64,000 nt of DNA from NCBI GenBank assembly GCA_051294905.1, contig CM119371.1, positions 17,300,001 through 17,364,000 on the forward strand. The letters run 5' to 3'. Below are positions 27,082-40,904 of this stretch, in pieces. The stretch is from Botryllus schlosseri. Its lineage: Eukaryota. The notes under the pieces are model-generated. The model was not told the origin of the DNA and made no database searches. It saw only the letters and a program-made list of their open reading frames with translations. The translations under genes and the position numbers were made by a program. Position 1 is the stretch's first letter; each line of letters starts with the position of its first letter.

Positions 27082-27358
27082 CAGTGGTTCCCAACTCGGG
27101 CGATTTGGCGGTCTAGGGGGGGGGCGAAAATGACGAAGGGGGCGATAGGGGGGCGAAATGGACAAAGGGGTGATGGGAGGCGAAGAAGGCGATAGGGGGG
27201 CGACGACGCGTCAAAACAGCTGACTTTTTTTAGTCAACCCGCCGGTGATTATAATTGTTTGCATGCCCAACTTTCGGTACACAAAATTTTTTTTGGGGGG
27301 GATGATGGGTGTTGAGCTTGAAAGGGGGCGATGGGTCGAAAAAGGTTGGGAACCTCTG
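27082..27358. mobile_element. Family-A MITE lacking the family-B insert
   Basis: cagtggttcccaac...gttgggaacctctg with gggggcga subterminal repeats as at 4439 and 59308. Confidence 0.75.
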
Positions 27359-29236
27359 GTATAGGCTGTGGCGGTGAGGTGGTGTTGTGCTTATCGCATA
27401 TTATTCTATATGAGCGATTCGAGTTAATCCTAACGTTTACGGTGAGTGTGACACCAATATATCGTTATTCTTATGCATGCGGTCGCATGCGAACGTGTAT
27501 TCAAATAGGTGTGCAATAGTTTGCTAAATCTTTCGTAATTTGGTGTTACAGAGGCAGAAATCACTCGCAAGGCAATATTTCGGTGATTTGTTTACCACAG
27601 AACCGTCGTAGACGGTGATTCGGAACCAACAGTAGGTGCGCTCGCCAACTAACACTTATTCGAATAGGTGTGAAATAGTTTGCAAATCCCGCGATCGCTG
27701 ACAAGAAAACATCTCAGACGTAGCAATCTCTCAAGACTTGATGTTAAAGACATACCGATCGCTCGCAAGGTAATATTTTGGTAATTAGTTGTCACAGAAC
27801 TTGATTTCACTGGAAAGATTTAATAAGAATCATAAATATAATAAGTAACGAATTAGTTCGTTGTGAGCCTTATTCCTTTTTTCGATCAAAATCACGGAAC
27901 CGACGATTGGTCCTAATGACGAGTAACGAAGACATCAGAGAATTGGTTTTCGAGGTGACAAATTAACGAAGTGTTGCCTGTTCTTACTCTAATCCAGAGG
28001 TATCAAACACGCGGCCCGAGAAGGCATTTTAAAATTTCAAGTATTTGACATTATATTTAAGTGTTATAAGTCTTTTTTAGATTTAAGAACTGAAAGCTCA
28101 CTCAAAAACTACTACAAAAACCGGAAATCTAAACAAACTTCACCATCTCTTCACTTCTAAAATCTACCATGCGTTGGAAGATCTCTATTACGTCACATTT
28201 CAGGTTCATTATGATAAAACATGACCCGTTGATGATTCGTGACTGAAAATTGTGATTTTGTTTGGTGCGACCTTTCGATTTTGGATTGACTGGGTGATAA
28301 AGTAAATATGGCTCAAGTTGAGTCGGGTCAAAAGTTGAAATCAGAAAAGGACTTGCGTCTCGGAATAGTAGATGATGTACAGATCATGGTTTTTCGAACC
28401 CAATCCTGTTCAATGAAATAGAATCCTAATCCATTCCGGATCCTGTATTCGTCTCAAATGTAAAAAACATCCATGTCTAAAAATGTCCTGCACGATGTTG
28501 AGCATAAACTTACCCTGACGTGGAAGTTTTTCTAATTACTCCTTAGCAATGCATTGAAGTTTGCTATCAGGGATTTTTTACGCCTGCTGAGTCTAGGTTT
28601 ATACAAAATATAGAAGTAAACAACATAAAGTCACTTTTATGAACGAGAAATGTAGAATCTTGTCCTGATCCGGATCCAGCTGTCGTGCAAAAATTTGAAT
28701 CCGGATCTGAAAAACTAGCCGGATTTCTGTCCGGTTAGAATAAAAAATCCTGTTTCGGTCATCTCTAATGTTCATATGTCCACGGACGAGAGAAACAGAT
28801 AAACTATTTTTCCGCAATTTCGAATGCATTTGGCTGAGACGGGCATCAATGTTCAGATAAGACGGATATTGAAGACATGGTGCCATGTAACGGGTTAAGC
28901 AGCTGCGGCAGCTGGAGCATGAAGGTCCTGTTGAAATTTCAATAAATTGCAGCTCCATTACGGTGGCGTTCTGAAGGAAATGGCTGCGTCCAAAAATTTT
29001 TACTCGTTTTGCCATTCAATTTGAGACCACATCATTTTAGAGTGCAGTGCCACTTTAAGCTTAAGCTGTCTCTTAGCGCCGATTATTCGAAATTTCGTGA
29101 CAGTGAAGTCATATTTTGTGACACGATTGTTGACATACATTGTTTTTTCCAATTCTCTACTAGTTGCTGATGATTAGCCTTCGAGTGTGAGCTAATAATA
29201 TTCGGGTTCATTTCAATGTGAATATACTATATAATT

Positions 29237-29661
29237 TAGGCTTACCATACGTCCTCTTTTAAGAGGATTTGTCCTCTTTTTTGACTTTTTTGAAAGTGTC
29301 CTCGGAGGACGCCCTTTTGTCCTCTTTTTTGAGATTTTGTCCTCTTTTTTGAAAATTTAGGTCTGATATGCCGCAAATTAGCACAGAAGTGACGGTCCGG
29401 CGGATATTTCGGAGTGAAAAACGGTGAATTTAGCTCTGAGCGAAAAGATGACCTTTTTTTTTTTAGTCATCCACCTGGCAATGTAGAGTAAAAAACGGTA
29501 TTTTGAGATCTGAGCGGAAGTGATGACCTTTTTTTTTTTAGTCAACCGACCGCAAAGTGGGAAAAATTCACCGGTTTTTGAGAATTCTACTCCGGTTTTT
29601 GTATCTTGCAAATTTCTGAAAAAGTGTCCTCTTTTTGCATTTTCAAAATATGGTAAGCCTA
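29237..29661. mobile_element. hAT MITE, taggcttaccata family
   Basis: TIR taggcttaccata/tatggtaagccta; perfect TSD atataatt. Siblings at 17920, 41557 and 60861. Confidence 0.9.
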
Positions 29662-30375
29662 ATATAATTGTATATGGAAGTTCTATACCTCCAAAGAGCT
29701 CTCGAATAGAAGTTGTTAAATAAGTATCGCAGGCACCATTATTGACTGCTCTGAAAACGGCCCTATTGTGTAAAGCAGGGCTACTCAACTGGGGGACCGA
29801 GGTCCGCACGCGGAGCCTTTCGGCGTTATCGCGGTCTCCGTTCTTACTTAGTTTTGATAAAAACCAAATCTATTATACGCCATTTCAGCTGTGAGTCAGC
29901 GTTTTCGACAATGAACTTTATAGGGAATAGATTTCGCCTCTGTATCAACACTGACCAGGCCAGTGATAACCGTCACCATTGCCTTCTACGCACTCTCACG
30001 ACTTTCCAATCAATATTTGAAGAAGTGGCAAGAAATAAATGATATATAAATTCTTGCTGCAGCTGTGACTAACAGATTCACTTATTGCTCTTGGTAATAC
30101 CGATTTACTGGAAGATAGCTATACCGTATTATACATTTGCATGATTGTAACTTATTTCATGAGCGTCATAATGGACCTCTTATCAATTCTTACAGTTATA
30201 AAGCTGGATATTGGCTAAGCTTAGATGGGTAGCCCGGACTTTGATAATATATAGCTACATCTGATCGCTTTGAGAATGTTCTGGTTGGTGTGAACGCGAT
30301 CATTTTGTAACGCACGTGACGTCATATTGTTAATTCCAACCCTACATTTCCGTAAAGTCATATATTATTATAGAC

Positions 30376-32123
30376 CAGAGGTCTCAAACTCAAATGTGCT
30401 CGCGGGCCAATTGCTTAGTTTGGATGACGCCGCGGGCCGCACCACCAATAACAGGGATATTCAACGCAGAATTTCCAAGTAGGCCTTATTTGACGGGAGC
30501 TTGAAGACAGACATTCCAGAAACATCATGAATATGTAATTTACTATTGTACTATTCACGCTTGACACGGAAAAAATCATATTCTCAAATATTTGAATAAA
30601 ATTGATTTTGTGCCGGGCATTATGTGTTCAAATAATGAGTTATAGACACCATGCGAGAGGATGCATCATGACCAATGTTTCCCCCAAGCTGTGCACGTGC
30701 GCAAATGCGCAGAGCTGACCAGGTCTCTGCGCACAAAAAATCTAGGTTGTGCACAAAAAAATTCGAAGTGATGACATTTTTTTAGTCGTTTTAGTGTTGT
30801 CCAAGGGTCTGCGCAGTGAGTTAGCGAGTCTGGGCAGATGCGTCAAAAATTAGAGGGAGCATTGCTCATGACATCGTCAAACTGTCGGGTTATAATATTG
30901 CAGCCAGTGCACCTTTGACGTGCCACAATTTTATGTACAATATTTTAAAATCTATACTGAAGATTGATCTGATATCAGAGCATTTGAGCGGTGTAGCATA
31001 ATCCGGGTTACGATATAGCCGTGATAAGTAGGCTATTGTTACTATGTAATTGCCAAAGTCAAATTAAATAAGCGTCAGATTTTGCCTTCGATTATTATTG
31101 GAACATATCAATAACACCTTGAATATAATTATTATTGAGCCACAGTAATAGCATTGTTTCTTAACCTTAGCGATCGTACCTATCGTGCTTCCAATAAGAT
31201 TTCTCGTAGCCCCTGTTCATTTTCAACACAATTTCTGATTGTACCTATATATTAAAAATGGAAAGCCCATACACATAAAATCACGGAGTAGCGCGGAGAC
31301 CATTTTCCAGTTGAGTAAATTGGTCAAAAATATTCCCAAGCATAGGCCTAATTCCACAATGCATATCGTAGGCTACCCCATGATGTGGTGCTCCGTATCC
31401 CGGAGGGGTCTACAGACCCTGGTTAAGAATAGAAATGTCCAATCGCCCATGAATTCATTGGTGTTACAGCTGTGGAGCGTACCTTACTCGCAACCGATAA
31501 TAATATGGATAAAGAGATCGGACAACACCCAGCATTTAACCAATCATACGCCACGGGGTCACATAATGCCAATGGTTGCCATACTGACCTGATTAGATAG
31601 CTACCCTACGCAACGCAAGCTACCACCTTTTGATATATGACTATTCCCCGTGACAGTTTCATAGATTGTTACGTCCGTAGGATTGCAAAGTCACCGTTCC
31701 GCGTCGCAAGTCCTTCACCGAATTTAACGTTTGACTCGACTCAACTCGATTCATTTATATTTAGTCACCCCGTCAATCCGAAATCGAGTAATTTTACGAA
31801 AGATTGCACAAAACCAAATCACAATATTTTCAGTCACGAATCATCAACGGGTCATGTTTTATCATCATGGACTAGAAATGTGACGTAAAACTGATCTTCC
31901 ACCGCATGGTAGCTTTTAAAAGTGATGTGATAGTGTAGTTTGTTGAGATTTCAGTGTTTTATAGTAGTTTTAGGTTGAACTTCAAGTTCTTATATCTAAA
32001 AAAGAGATGTGTGGCACTGTAATATATTGTCGAATACTTGAAATTCCAAAATGCCGTGGCGGGCCGCACAAAATGCTCTCGCGGGCCGCATGCGGCCCGC
32101 GGGCCGCGTGTTTGAGACCTCTG
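30376..32123. mobile_element. hAT MITE (cagaggtctcaaac family), with nested MITE 30673-30864
   Basis: Perfect TSD ttatagac; nested element TSD atcatgac/ctcatgac. Provides the empty site for the Polinton insertion. Confidence 0.85.
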
Positions 32124-32449
32124 TTATAGACGATACCTATAGCAACGACTTACGCCACATTATGTCACAATGCTGTGATAGCCTTCATGCTTTCTTATTA
32201 AATGTCGCCGAATGTGTATCTGGAAAAGACAAATGCTGTAATAATCCCATGAAATCAATATCATTCGCCGCTTTGCCAATGATTTGGACATGGACTTGCA
32301 ACGAAATATAAGTTGACGGTCTAGGCAAGACCGAACAATGCATCCTCAAGGCGCGGTCACGCTGTTGCTATACATTGATATTGATCAGAGCAACTTGCGA
32401 CAAATAAACATATCACCCGAAAAAAGAAACTATACATGTATACAGTAGA

Positions 32450-34100
32450 TCATCAATCAGGTTTATTATTATTTTCATCGTTTCATAACATCACAAGTCT
32501 GCGATACAATGAGAAGATAGGAAGGTTTCGAAACGACTTGGAGTAGCCATTAAGATCATTCACCCACCTTAGCCTAGGCGAAGTAAATAATAGGCATGCA
32601 CACTGAATGAAAATTAATGCAGAGAATATAAGAGGCAAGCGACAAAATGAGGTGGCATCTTGCGAAGGGCGAGGTCGATGTTTGGTCGTGGTCCGGTAAT
32701 CCCGAAGACTGGCTAGTATTGATTTAGAAGAAATTGCTTGTATTTCGACTTGAATGCGGACATGCTCGACGACTGTCGGATAGCTGGCGAGATGCTGTAG
32801 CTAACACAGCAATCGGACGGATTTTGTTACTATGATGCAGTAAAGTCACCAAACAAGATAGATCCTATAAGCGTGCTATATTATTTACACTACACCACGG
32901 AGCATTCTGTATTTTAATTTAGTTGATGTTAACATTTATTATTGATTGGTTGATTCGCTGACTACCTATGTAGTGTATTTCGTTCTTGCTATTACATGAT
33001 TGCGGGCAAAGCTCACAGCAGAGAATCACTAAATATTTACAAACGGAAAGCTGAATATTTCGAGCAAACTTCTGTAACAAAGCTGATATTGTTTCGACAT
33101 GGTAAGGTTTATCCTCGTTTAGTGCTGAAGTTCCTTTCATGGTGCCAGTAACATGTGCAGTTGTGCACTGTGCAGAGTGGTCCACAGTTGAAATAGAAGG
33201 AATGTCAACCACGAAAGTTACTATAACGTAAAAAGGAGTGATACATGAAATAGGTTAGCAGTGTAAAACCTACCAAGGGTCGTTTGCGAACGCGAACATT
33301 CAAATTTCTGGGTTTCACACGCAGAAAGCTAACGTGAACAACTGAACACCACGTTCACACCATCCCTAATATAGATATATACATTCTGATCTAGTAATGT
33401 TTTGAAATGTGTTTTAAAATACACCTACTCTTAGTATCCAGATTCTAGCTCCATACAAATAAATTCTCACTTTGCTTATAACTTTTAGTTTTCAAATTGT
33501 ACCCCTACCTCGATCTGTGGGGGGCACGACCCATTGTAATCAACATACAATTGGGTCCGCGATGCACGTCTGCTACTCAATAGCGGATTGACAACTGCAT
33601 GCTGTAGCATGTCCAAGGCAGATTTCCTATGGGGCATGGCTCTTCTTTCTGGCCTGGTGAACTGCGCAATATTTGTTTGAAATCGGTGGCTGGTCTGGCT
33701 GTGAACAGGCTTCATGGGAATTGGGATCTCGCAGTACCGTACCTGGTATTCCATTCGTGGCTATTGATTGGCTACGAATGCGTTGTCGACGCTAATCGGC
33801 GGTCGATTGATTGCTGTCGAGAGCGGTATTACGTCGGTCGAGGTCGAGTCGGTTGGTCGAGCTCGAATTTTATGCATGATCCGGCACCCCAGGTCGATCG
33901 AAGGTATTTCGATATCCATTCCGCTATGAGAGCTCTATGCACCGGATATGCGAATTGCGATGTCGGAAGTGAGCGCGCCAATTCTGAAATAGGACACAAC
34001 AGCCAGCATCACTCTGTGCAAGGCGTAATAACTAGGCTTAGCACGAATACGACAAAAGAAAAACAAGTAACAATAAAATAGCAAATAAAGTCTCCGCAGC
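32450..34100 (-). mobile_element. Highly decayed Penelope-like element (RT + GIY-YIG)
   Basis: Order on minus: YYALHRV, FQTN..RRAMP, QLYVDY (like RYVDD), KPYH..S, C..C..HYIGSQR (like YIGxTxR). The end motif gatagga..tcgaaacgacttg is shared with ~15215. Confidence 0.45.
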
Positions 34101-34390
34101 CCTGTAACTACACCCAAGTGAAGGACAACTAAATTACAAAGCGTAAGGTCGTGAAAATACGGTAATTCCAGATAAAATGAATAAAGGCGGCGCCTAATGG
34201 CATCTAAGGGGAATGAAGGCGCTGTGTGCCCTCGTTAACTAGTAACTAAAATAAAACATTAAATCCTACAGCATGCACTAAGAACATGGATTCTATTATA
34301 TGGATGTAAGGTCGGTTTGAAGGGGAAGCTGTGGCGATATGGGTTTAGTTGCAGGTCGTTGTAATGTAACAATTTCAATGCCATGCGATG

Positions 34391-35336
34391 CAGTGTTGGG
34401 ATGACTCGAGTCACTTTTTTCGTATGACTTGACTTGACTCGAGTCACTTTAATAAATGACTTGACTTGACTTGACTCGGAGTATCAGAAATGTGGATTGA
34501 CTCGTGACTCGAAGCAAAATTCACGAGTCAATTTCAAGTCATCAAGCAATCGATGTCGATAAAAATCACAGTATCTTGCTATCGGATTGTTCGCGAAACG
34601 CTGGTGTAACCCGTGAAAGCGACCAATAATCCAGTGATCGTGCGTTTTACTGAGCTTCCATTGTCCCCTCACAAATAAATTGACCGCTACCGAAGTGATC
34701 GAAGTTTGTAGCTTACGCTGTCGTAAACTAGCGTAGTAAAGTAATTTAATAGCAAAATGCTATTACTGTTCTCTGTTATTACCTGAACAAAACTTCTTAT
34801 TTTATTGAAATTGAATTCGAAGATAGTTTATATAGTCCTCAACCATTGGGGCATGCTCGAATTATATCATATCAATTTGTAAATGGGAGATGTATTGCAT
34901 CTTACCAATTCGTTTCTCTATTCTCTATTTTGGCTGGTAACTATAAGCTGACGCTATACTATTACTTACGTAGTTTAGCATTTCTACGTATATGTGAGCG
35001 ATGCAGCGCCTTCTTGCGTGTATATTTAACTTCATATTTTTTTATCGGTTCAGAATCAATGACCACTCAATCTGTATTTCAGACAGCTAGTGACATGCAA
35101 TGACGTAAGCATGCCTCATAGTTCGAAAAGGCAACTTGACTTGAAATATGACTTGACTCGTGACTTGACTTGACTTGACTTGACTCGACTTGAATCGAGT
35201 CACCTCCAAAAATCGAGTGACTTGACTCGAGTCACCTTCGAAAATCGATTGACTTGACTTGACTTGACTCGAGTCAAAATGTGCAATGACTCGAAATGAC
35301 TCGTGACTTGAAGGTAGTGACTTGATCCCAACACTG
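34391..35336. mobile_element. hAT MITE with gacttgact/gactcgagtc arrays
   Basis: TIR cagtgttgggat/atcccaacactg; perfect TSD atgcgatg. Confidence 0.9.
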
Positions 35337-35654
35337 ATGCGATGCCGATGTCATTCTCGCATGGCGAATGTACGGTTTATTGTAAGGCTATGTTTGTGTT
35401 CAACAAAGACTTACATTACTTTACTATTTATTCGTATATTGAAGTTCGTACCTATAGAGAGCTCTTCAATACTAGAGAATAACCGGCGCTCTCCCACGAA
35501 GAGCGCTGGTTTTTATCGGTGGGAGAACTGAGAACAGCTTGCTGATTTAGCTGCGTAGCTAATAGACTCGAGGCGACGAGAGTCTACATGCTGTTCCAAT
35601 ATTGCTGCCGACTGAAAGTATCAAGATACGACATCTAACTTCAGAAATTCCTTA

Positions 35655-36405
35655 AGGGGACTAGCAACCCAAAAAAATCAAAATTTTTGATTTTTTTTTC
35701 TGCCAAGAAATGTTAACATTGTATCTCTGCTGTCACCTCATGGCCATTTTTTACCCAAACAATAACTAAAAATGCAAAATTTCGATTTTATTTTCCTTTG
35801 ATAATTGGGGGGGGGGGTGTTTTTTTTTCAAGTTCCTACCAAAAGATCGCATATTTCGTCCGATGACTTTATAAAATATAGTGTTTGACAGTTATAAAAT
35901 ATATCTATCTATAATATCTCCGGGTACAAATTTGTTTGATTGTTGTCAGTTGGCATTCTAGCATTCTGGCAATAATTCTTATCATTACATCGGTAACACC
36001 TGTTCATTGGCTTTATATGTTTCAAGTGTTTGATAGTCGTTTTGTCAATTGTAAAATTTTGTTAAGTTGCATCACGGCAAACCAAAAATTTGTTTGAAAT
36101 ATTTGTCGTAAATGCGTCACTCAAGGTTTTTTGAAAAGCTGAGATTCAGGCCTGTGCTATGCTAAAAGTTTTTAGTCATAGGTCTACCATGTCAAGAGGT
36201 ACAGAACGTCACAGTGAACTTACAGCAAATTTATGATAAAAATTTGGATTTTTCTGAATTTTTGAATTTCAAAATGAAATTTCTCCGAGGTGGGATGCAT
36301 GTAATCCTTCAAATTTTAGCATAGCACGGCACTGTTCTAGTACTTCCTAAAGAAGGCGATGGGCGTAGCCATCCGAAATTTAGGTTTTTGGGTTGCTAGT
36401 CCCCT
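35655..36405. mobile_element. Kolobok-like non-autonomous DNA transposon
   Basis: TIR aggggactagcaacccaaaaa/tttttgggttgctagtcccct in a TTAA context. Confidence 0.7.
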
Positions 36406-36409
36406 TTAA

Positions 36410-38750
36410 CGAAACATGTGCTTTCATAATATTGAAATAACCGGTGTGACAATCGCAGGGATGCACGAGGCAATAGAAAGGGGTGTTAAAAGTAGACTGT
36501 CCATTCTTACGACTTACGAATCCTGCTGGAAATGCAATATGATAGTAATAAATTACTGACGTACTTCTTGAGGGTACGAATGACCGGCGGTATTTCGCAT
36601 CTAGAAACGCCCGACTATACGGTGCGCACTGCGCATGTCTTGATCATGCACGTCTAATGTATATGCCGGTCGGTGTGTATGAAGGCTAATCAGTTCAAAG
36701 GAAACTATTGGTGGTTTCTTTCTCAAGCCACTGCGGTTTGGTCCCATCTAAGCAATATCTTAAATCTGAGACACATCTTGTCAGATCCGACATAGTTGAA
36801 TGAATATGGATTAGGGGATAATCGTGTTGGTATTGAGATCCGGCCAACCTGGATCTAGCAACGCGTAGGAGCGCCTAACTACTGCAATTGACTACCAACG
36901 GGTCATATTGGGACATCATTGGTATCTCAAAATTTGAATATTCAGCAGAGAACAATATAAATTGCTTGTCAGTGAATTCACGCCTAACATGAGGCTTCAA
37001 CGAAAATAAAACTACTTCCTGTACACGTTGCGTAATACGCACTCCGCTAGAAGAAGTGAACAATGGACGCACGTAATTCATGATTACGACGTCCTGAGGT
37101 AGCGAGAAACGCCGTATCGCTGAGAAATTTGAATGACGATACCGTTTGAACAAGTTTGATAACGATTTCGCAATTTACCGCGCTCGGAATTACTCTGTCA
37201 AGACCTGCCAAATGTGTTGGGACAGGTCGCCGTTCAAAAACAATCACGTTTTTTGAATTATCGGCGCTAGCTGAACCTCTGTTTATCCTGTTCACGACAC
37301 GCATACGTCGTGTTCGGTATCGCGGGAAACAGGAAAAGGTTTCATGTATTGGAAATTGCGTTGAACATTTATGTTTTTCATCGAAACATGCGGTCGTTTG
37401 CGGTAAAAATATGAATGTTCCCGCGGCATGGAAATTGCGACACTATGTCAGACGTGTGTTTGAAGTAGCAACGTCCAATTGGTATCGACTGTTTATTGCC
37501 AATGGCTGAAATCGGTAAGATAAAACATGGCGCTTTTCAGGCCAACATAAAATAATTCTCACGAAACAGTCGCACGGAAAATGGACCCTGTAAAACGGAA
37601 GATATAAACACAAGTAACACGGTTTAACTCCAGATCAGGCAGAGTCAGCAGACTAAATCACATGCAGGGATGTTGAATGCAGATTCTACCATGACTAAAT
37701 ATTTTGAGTCTGTGCTGGTGCAGTCACATTCTGGGAATAATCAATCCATTGACAAGATCGCACTTTGCTGCAATGGCTTGCTTGTTGCCCAAAAGTCTTA
37801 AGATGCCAGCACAGAATGTGCCTTGTCGCTGAATACGTAATGGAGCAATTGATGGACTTAAAAAGCTGTTGTTCCCTCCTAATTCTACTGAGGGCCCTTT
37901 CTAAAGCCATAAATCATTCGGGTTGCAACCAAATTGCGCTGGACCGCCGCCTTACTCTGCCGTGCACTATTTAACATTTGATGAGATATTGTATGGGCTA
38001 TAGCGAGCGGCGCGTAAGCTACACGCAATCTTAATCTATCCGAAACTGTGAGTGGTTTTAACGCGCGCATTTTTAGTCAGCTGCGATTTCCCGTCCAAAA
38101 GAAAATTGTCATGATCGGAGTTGGTATCAAATGGTGATTCAACATTTGAAAGTGACCTAGCCAACCAAGGTTCAACGTTTGCGTGGTTATGAACTAATTC
38201 GTCACGCAAAGTTGTAATATCTAATTTATGCTCATTAATGACATCGGACTTGTGCAATGCAACAGGAAAGATCAAATGTTAGTTGTTATCGCAGTTAGGC
38301 ACATCGTTATTCATTACGTCGGGCTGACCTGGAAAAATTCTTACGGGCTTAACAATGTTAGGGTTGCCAACGTTGGGATTAATGACTGTCGGTGTAGTTA
38401 CTAGCCAAGGAGACATAGCATGCACACAAAGATATAGCAATATATAACTTGCAATATACGAAATGGCTAGGGAATATGCTGTCGCGATAGCGTATTCCAA
38501 AAATGACAAATGAACACGAACCGTGGGTTGAATAATTTCCGGTAAATTGGTAGTTCGATGGCGAACGTCGAAAGTCCTCGTATGCAATGTAGTGGCGTTT
38601 AAGACAGGACGGACAGCATACTGCCCGCGGGTTGGATCCGGCCCGCGGACAGTTTACCATCTTACATGATAATGTGGCCATAGCGGCCCAGTATGCCGAG
38701 ATCCTCCACTACTTGCTATAACTTCGTCAAATTTTAGTGACAGTATGTTA
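36410..38750 (-). mobile_element. Very old L2/CR1-like LINE relic
   Basis: Decayed motifs in the expected order: NPRAVCCPSC (PHD-like), INEHKLDI (APE), LRNRYQTCSN (like NYRPVSN), ALLRVA, LDGT..QWL, FPAGFV (like VPQGSV). Confidence 0.4.
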
Positions 38751-40697
38751 TTATATACGTGTGCGCGCAGCGTACGAGAGATAAGATAACGCGACGAACC
38801 ATATGCCGCATGAGCAGCTCAGGAGCAAGTGCACACGGGCGTGAGAGTGTGAATGCTCTATCGGTTGCGCAACAATGGCCAATACGCTTGCGGTTCACGC
38901 TGCTTCTCACCTGCTCCCAGACGGCATCGTTGCGTCACCAAACTCCGTTGCAATGCAATATTCCAGGTTGGGTTTGGAGGGTTCCGGGAGCACGAGCAGA
39001 AGAAAATTTATATTTTCGCAATCAGTACCACGGTATAGCTTTCGATTGATACCAATTTTATCAAATTTAGTGCTTGGCAAGCCGGTCAAAATTACCGTCA
39101 AATTGTATTTGACCAAATTGAAAGTGTGACGTAGACCAATTTTACAGAGCCGTGAGATTTTCTTGTGTCCACAGCCTATATGACACTATGATTGCACGGT
39201 GTGTTGATCGATCAGAGAGAAGCAGACATGGTGGCGCCTGTACGACAATGGTGTTCTCAAATCCTCATTGACGAGAAATGGATTTGAAGTGATATCGCTT
39301 TCGTTGAAATACATTCATCAAATACGATTTATTCATTGCACATGTGGATAAATGGGCGAATAATGTATCGATTCAACAATCCGGCCGCCCGCCAAACACC
39401 TACTTTTCCTATATCCAGCCCGCCGACTGGAGAAGTTGCACGCCCCTGGTTTAAGATAACACTCGGGTCATCATGCAGAGATGTTATAGTTTTCCTGGGA
39501 GTAGAAGTATAGCTAACCAAATTAATATAGGTTGGCGGGCTGGCTAGATTACCTGGAATCCTGTTCTCCTGGTGAGATCGTCATTAGACACAGATATTAC
39601 TTAGTTTAAACAGCCTATGATTTTAGTCCACGGATTGACATTCAAAAGTAGGTTTTATGTTCTGAATTCCAGGTAACTTTCGCGGGCCGCTCAAAATGGC
39701 GTAGTGGACCGCACTTTGCCCAGGTCTGGCTTACACGGATGAGATTGGTGAGGAGTTGGTAATATGTACAAACGTTTTTCATGGGCTCGTGGTCATGGTC
39801 CGGGTACTGGGACGCTGAAGCACTGAAAAGAATTGTACACGAAGTGTGTCATTGTTATTTGTTCGATTATAAGCCATCCCCGTCATGCTGTGATACGAGA
39901 ATATTCCTGCTTACAAGGCGCACAATATGTCGCATAATGTCATATCCCTTGACGACAAAATGTTTGTTCTATTGAAGTATATGGAGATTAGTAACAAAAC
40001 AAACATTTGCAGTCGCCTTAATATGTAATTGTGTATATTACATAGTTACATACCCTTTAGTCTGATAGCCAATCATGAAGAAGCGACATAAGCTTCGGTC
40101 AATTATATCACAGTAGGAGGTAGCTTAAGATGTTATATTAAAGATAGGCCATACGCTGTCGGATCACCATCTGACTCTCTCGATACATAGAAACCATGTT
40201 TACCACAAATACGTCACTGCTTGCAGAATTAAGAAATGCAATCCAAATATATTCAATCCGACGTTACTTCCATCTCGCACAAAATGAAAGTAAAATGTTT
40301 GTACATTGTTTGTCACCAATCATGCAAAACTATCGGATAATGGATATAGGGAATAGTAGTTATAAGTCTAGTGATGATCGAACAATCCGTCATTTCGGTA
40401 TAGACAAAGAAGTGGCACCAATAGGGCAATGTGGTATCGGGCGATTCGCAATGTGGTATCATGTGGATTGAAGATGTGCGTTTTCAGAGGATTGTGTACA
40501 CTAGAATCCAGAAGTGGGACCTCCGAGTAATTTTAGAAATTGTGACTGCAGTCAAAAGACTGATCAACGATGATGTCAGAAATCTTCTTCGTATATCTAT
40601 ACTATCCAGTTAAAGGATTCTCATCATCAGACCATAATCTAAAACAGAATGAAATTGAAACTTAAAGTTTAGAAAATCCTAACAAATACCGCATATT

Positions 40698-40857
40698 ATG
40701 AATCCGACGGTGCGGTTTATTTCTGGAGTTTCATTATTTGCAAGTTTGATTATCGCGTTACCGTACGATGGCAATCGATTTCCGACCACTGAAGAAATGA
40801 TGGATAGGCTTTCCGACTTGGAACATCGCCTCAGTATGAAAATACTACAACAACACG
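40698..40857 (+). CDS. C-type lectin-like gene, exon 1 (signal peptide + short coiled coil)
   Basis: MNPTVRFISGVSLFASLIIA|LPYDG..MMDRLSDLEHRL..QQH; strong donor G|gtaagc; phase 1 matches exon 2. Confidence 0.7.
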
Positions 40858-40904
40858 GTAAGCGTTTGTATGGGCATTGGTCATGAGCAATTGAGCATCT
40901 ATAC

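Larger units (their letters stand above)
25362..27990 (+). mobile_element. Older, diverged Polinton terminal fragment interrupted by MITEs
   Basis: aatagttagtatgatcggtc..ggggctcttatgggcg resembles the 43681 terminus; 27500-27830 aligns by eye with 44047-44520. Confidence 0.65.
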
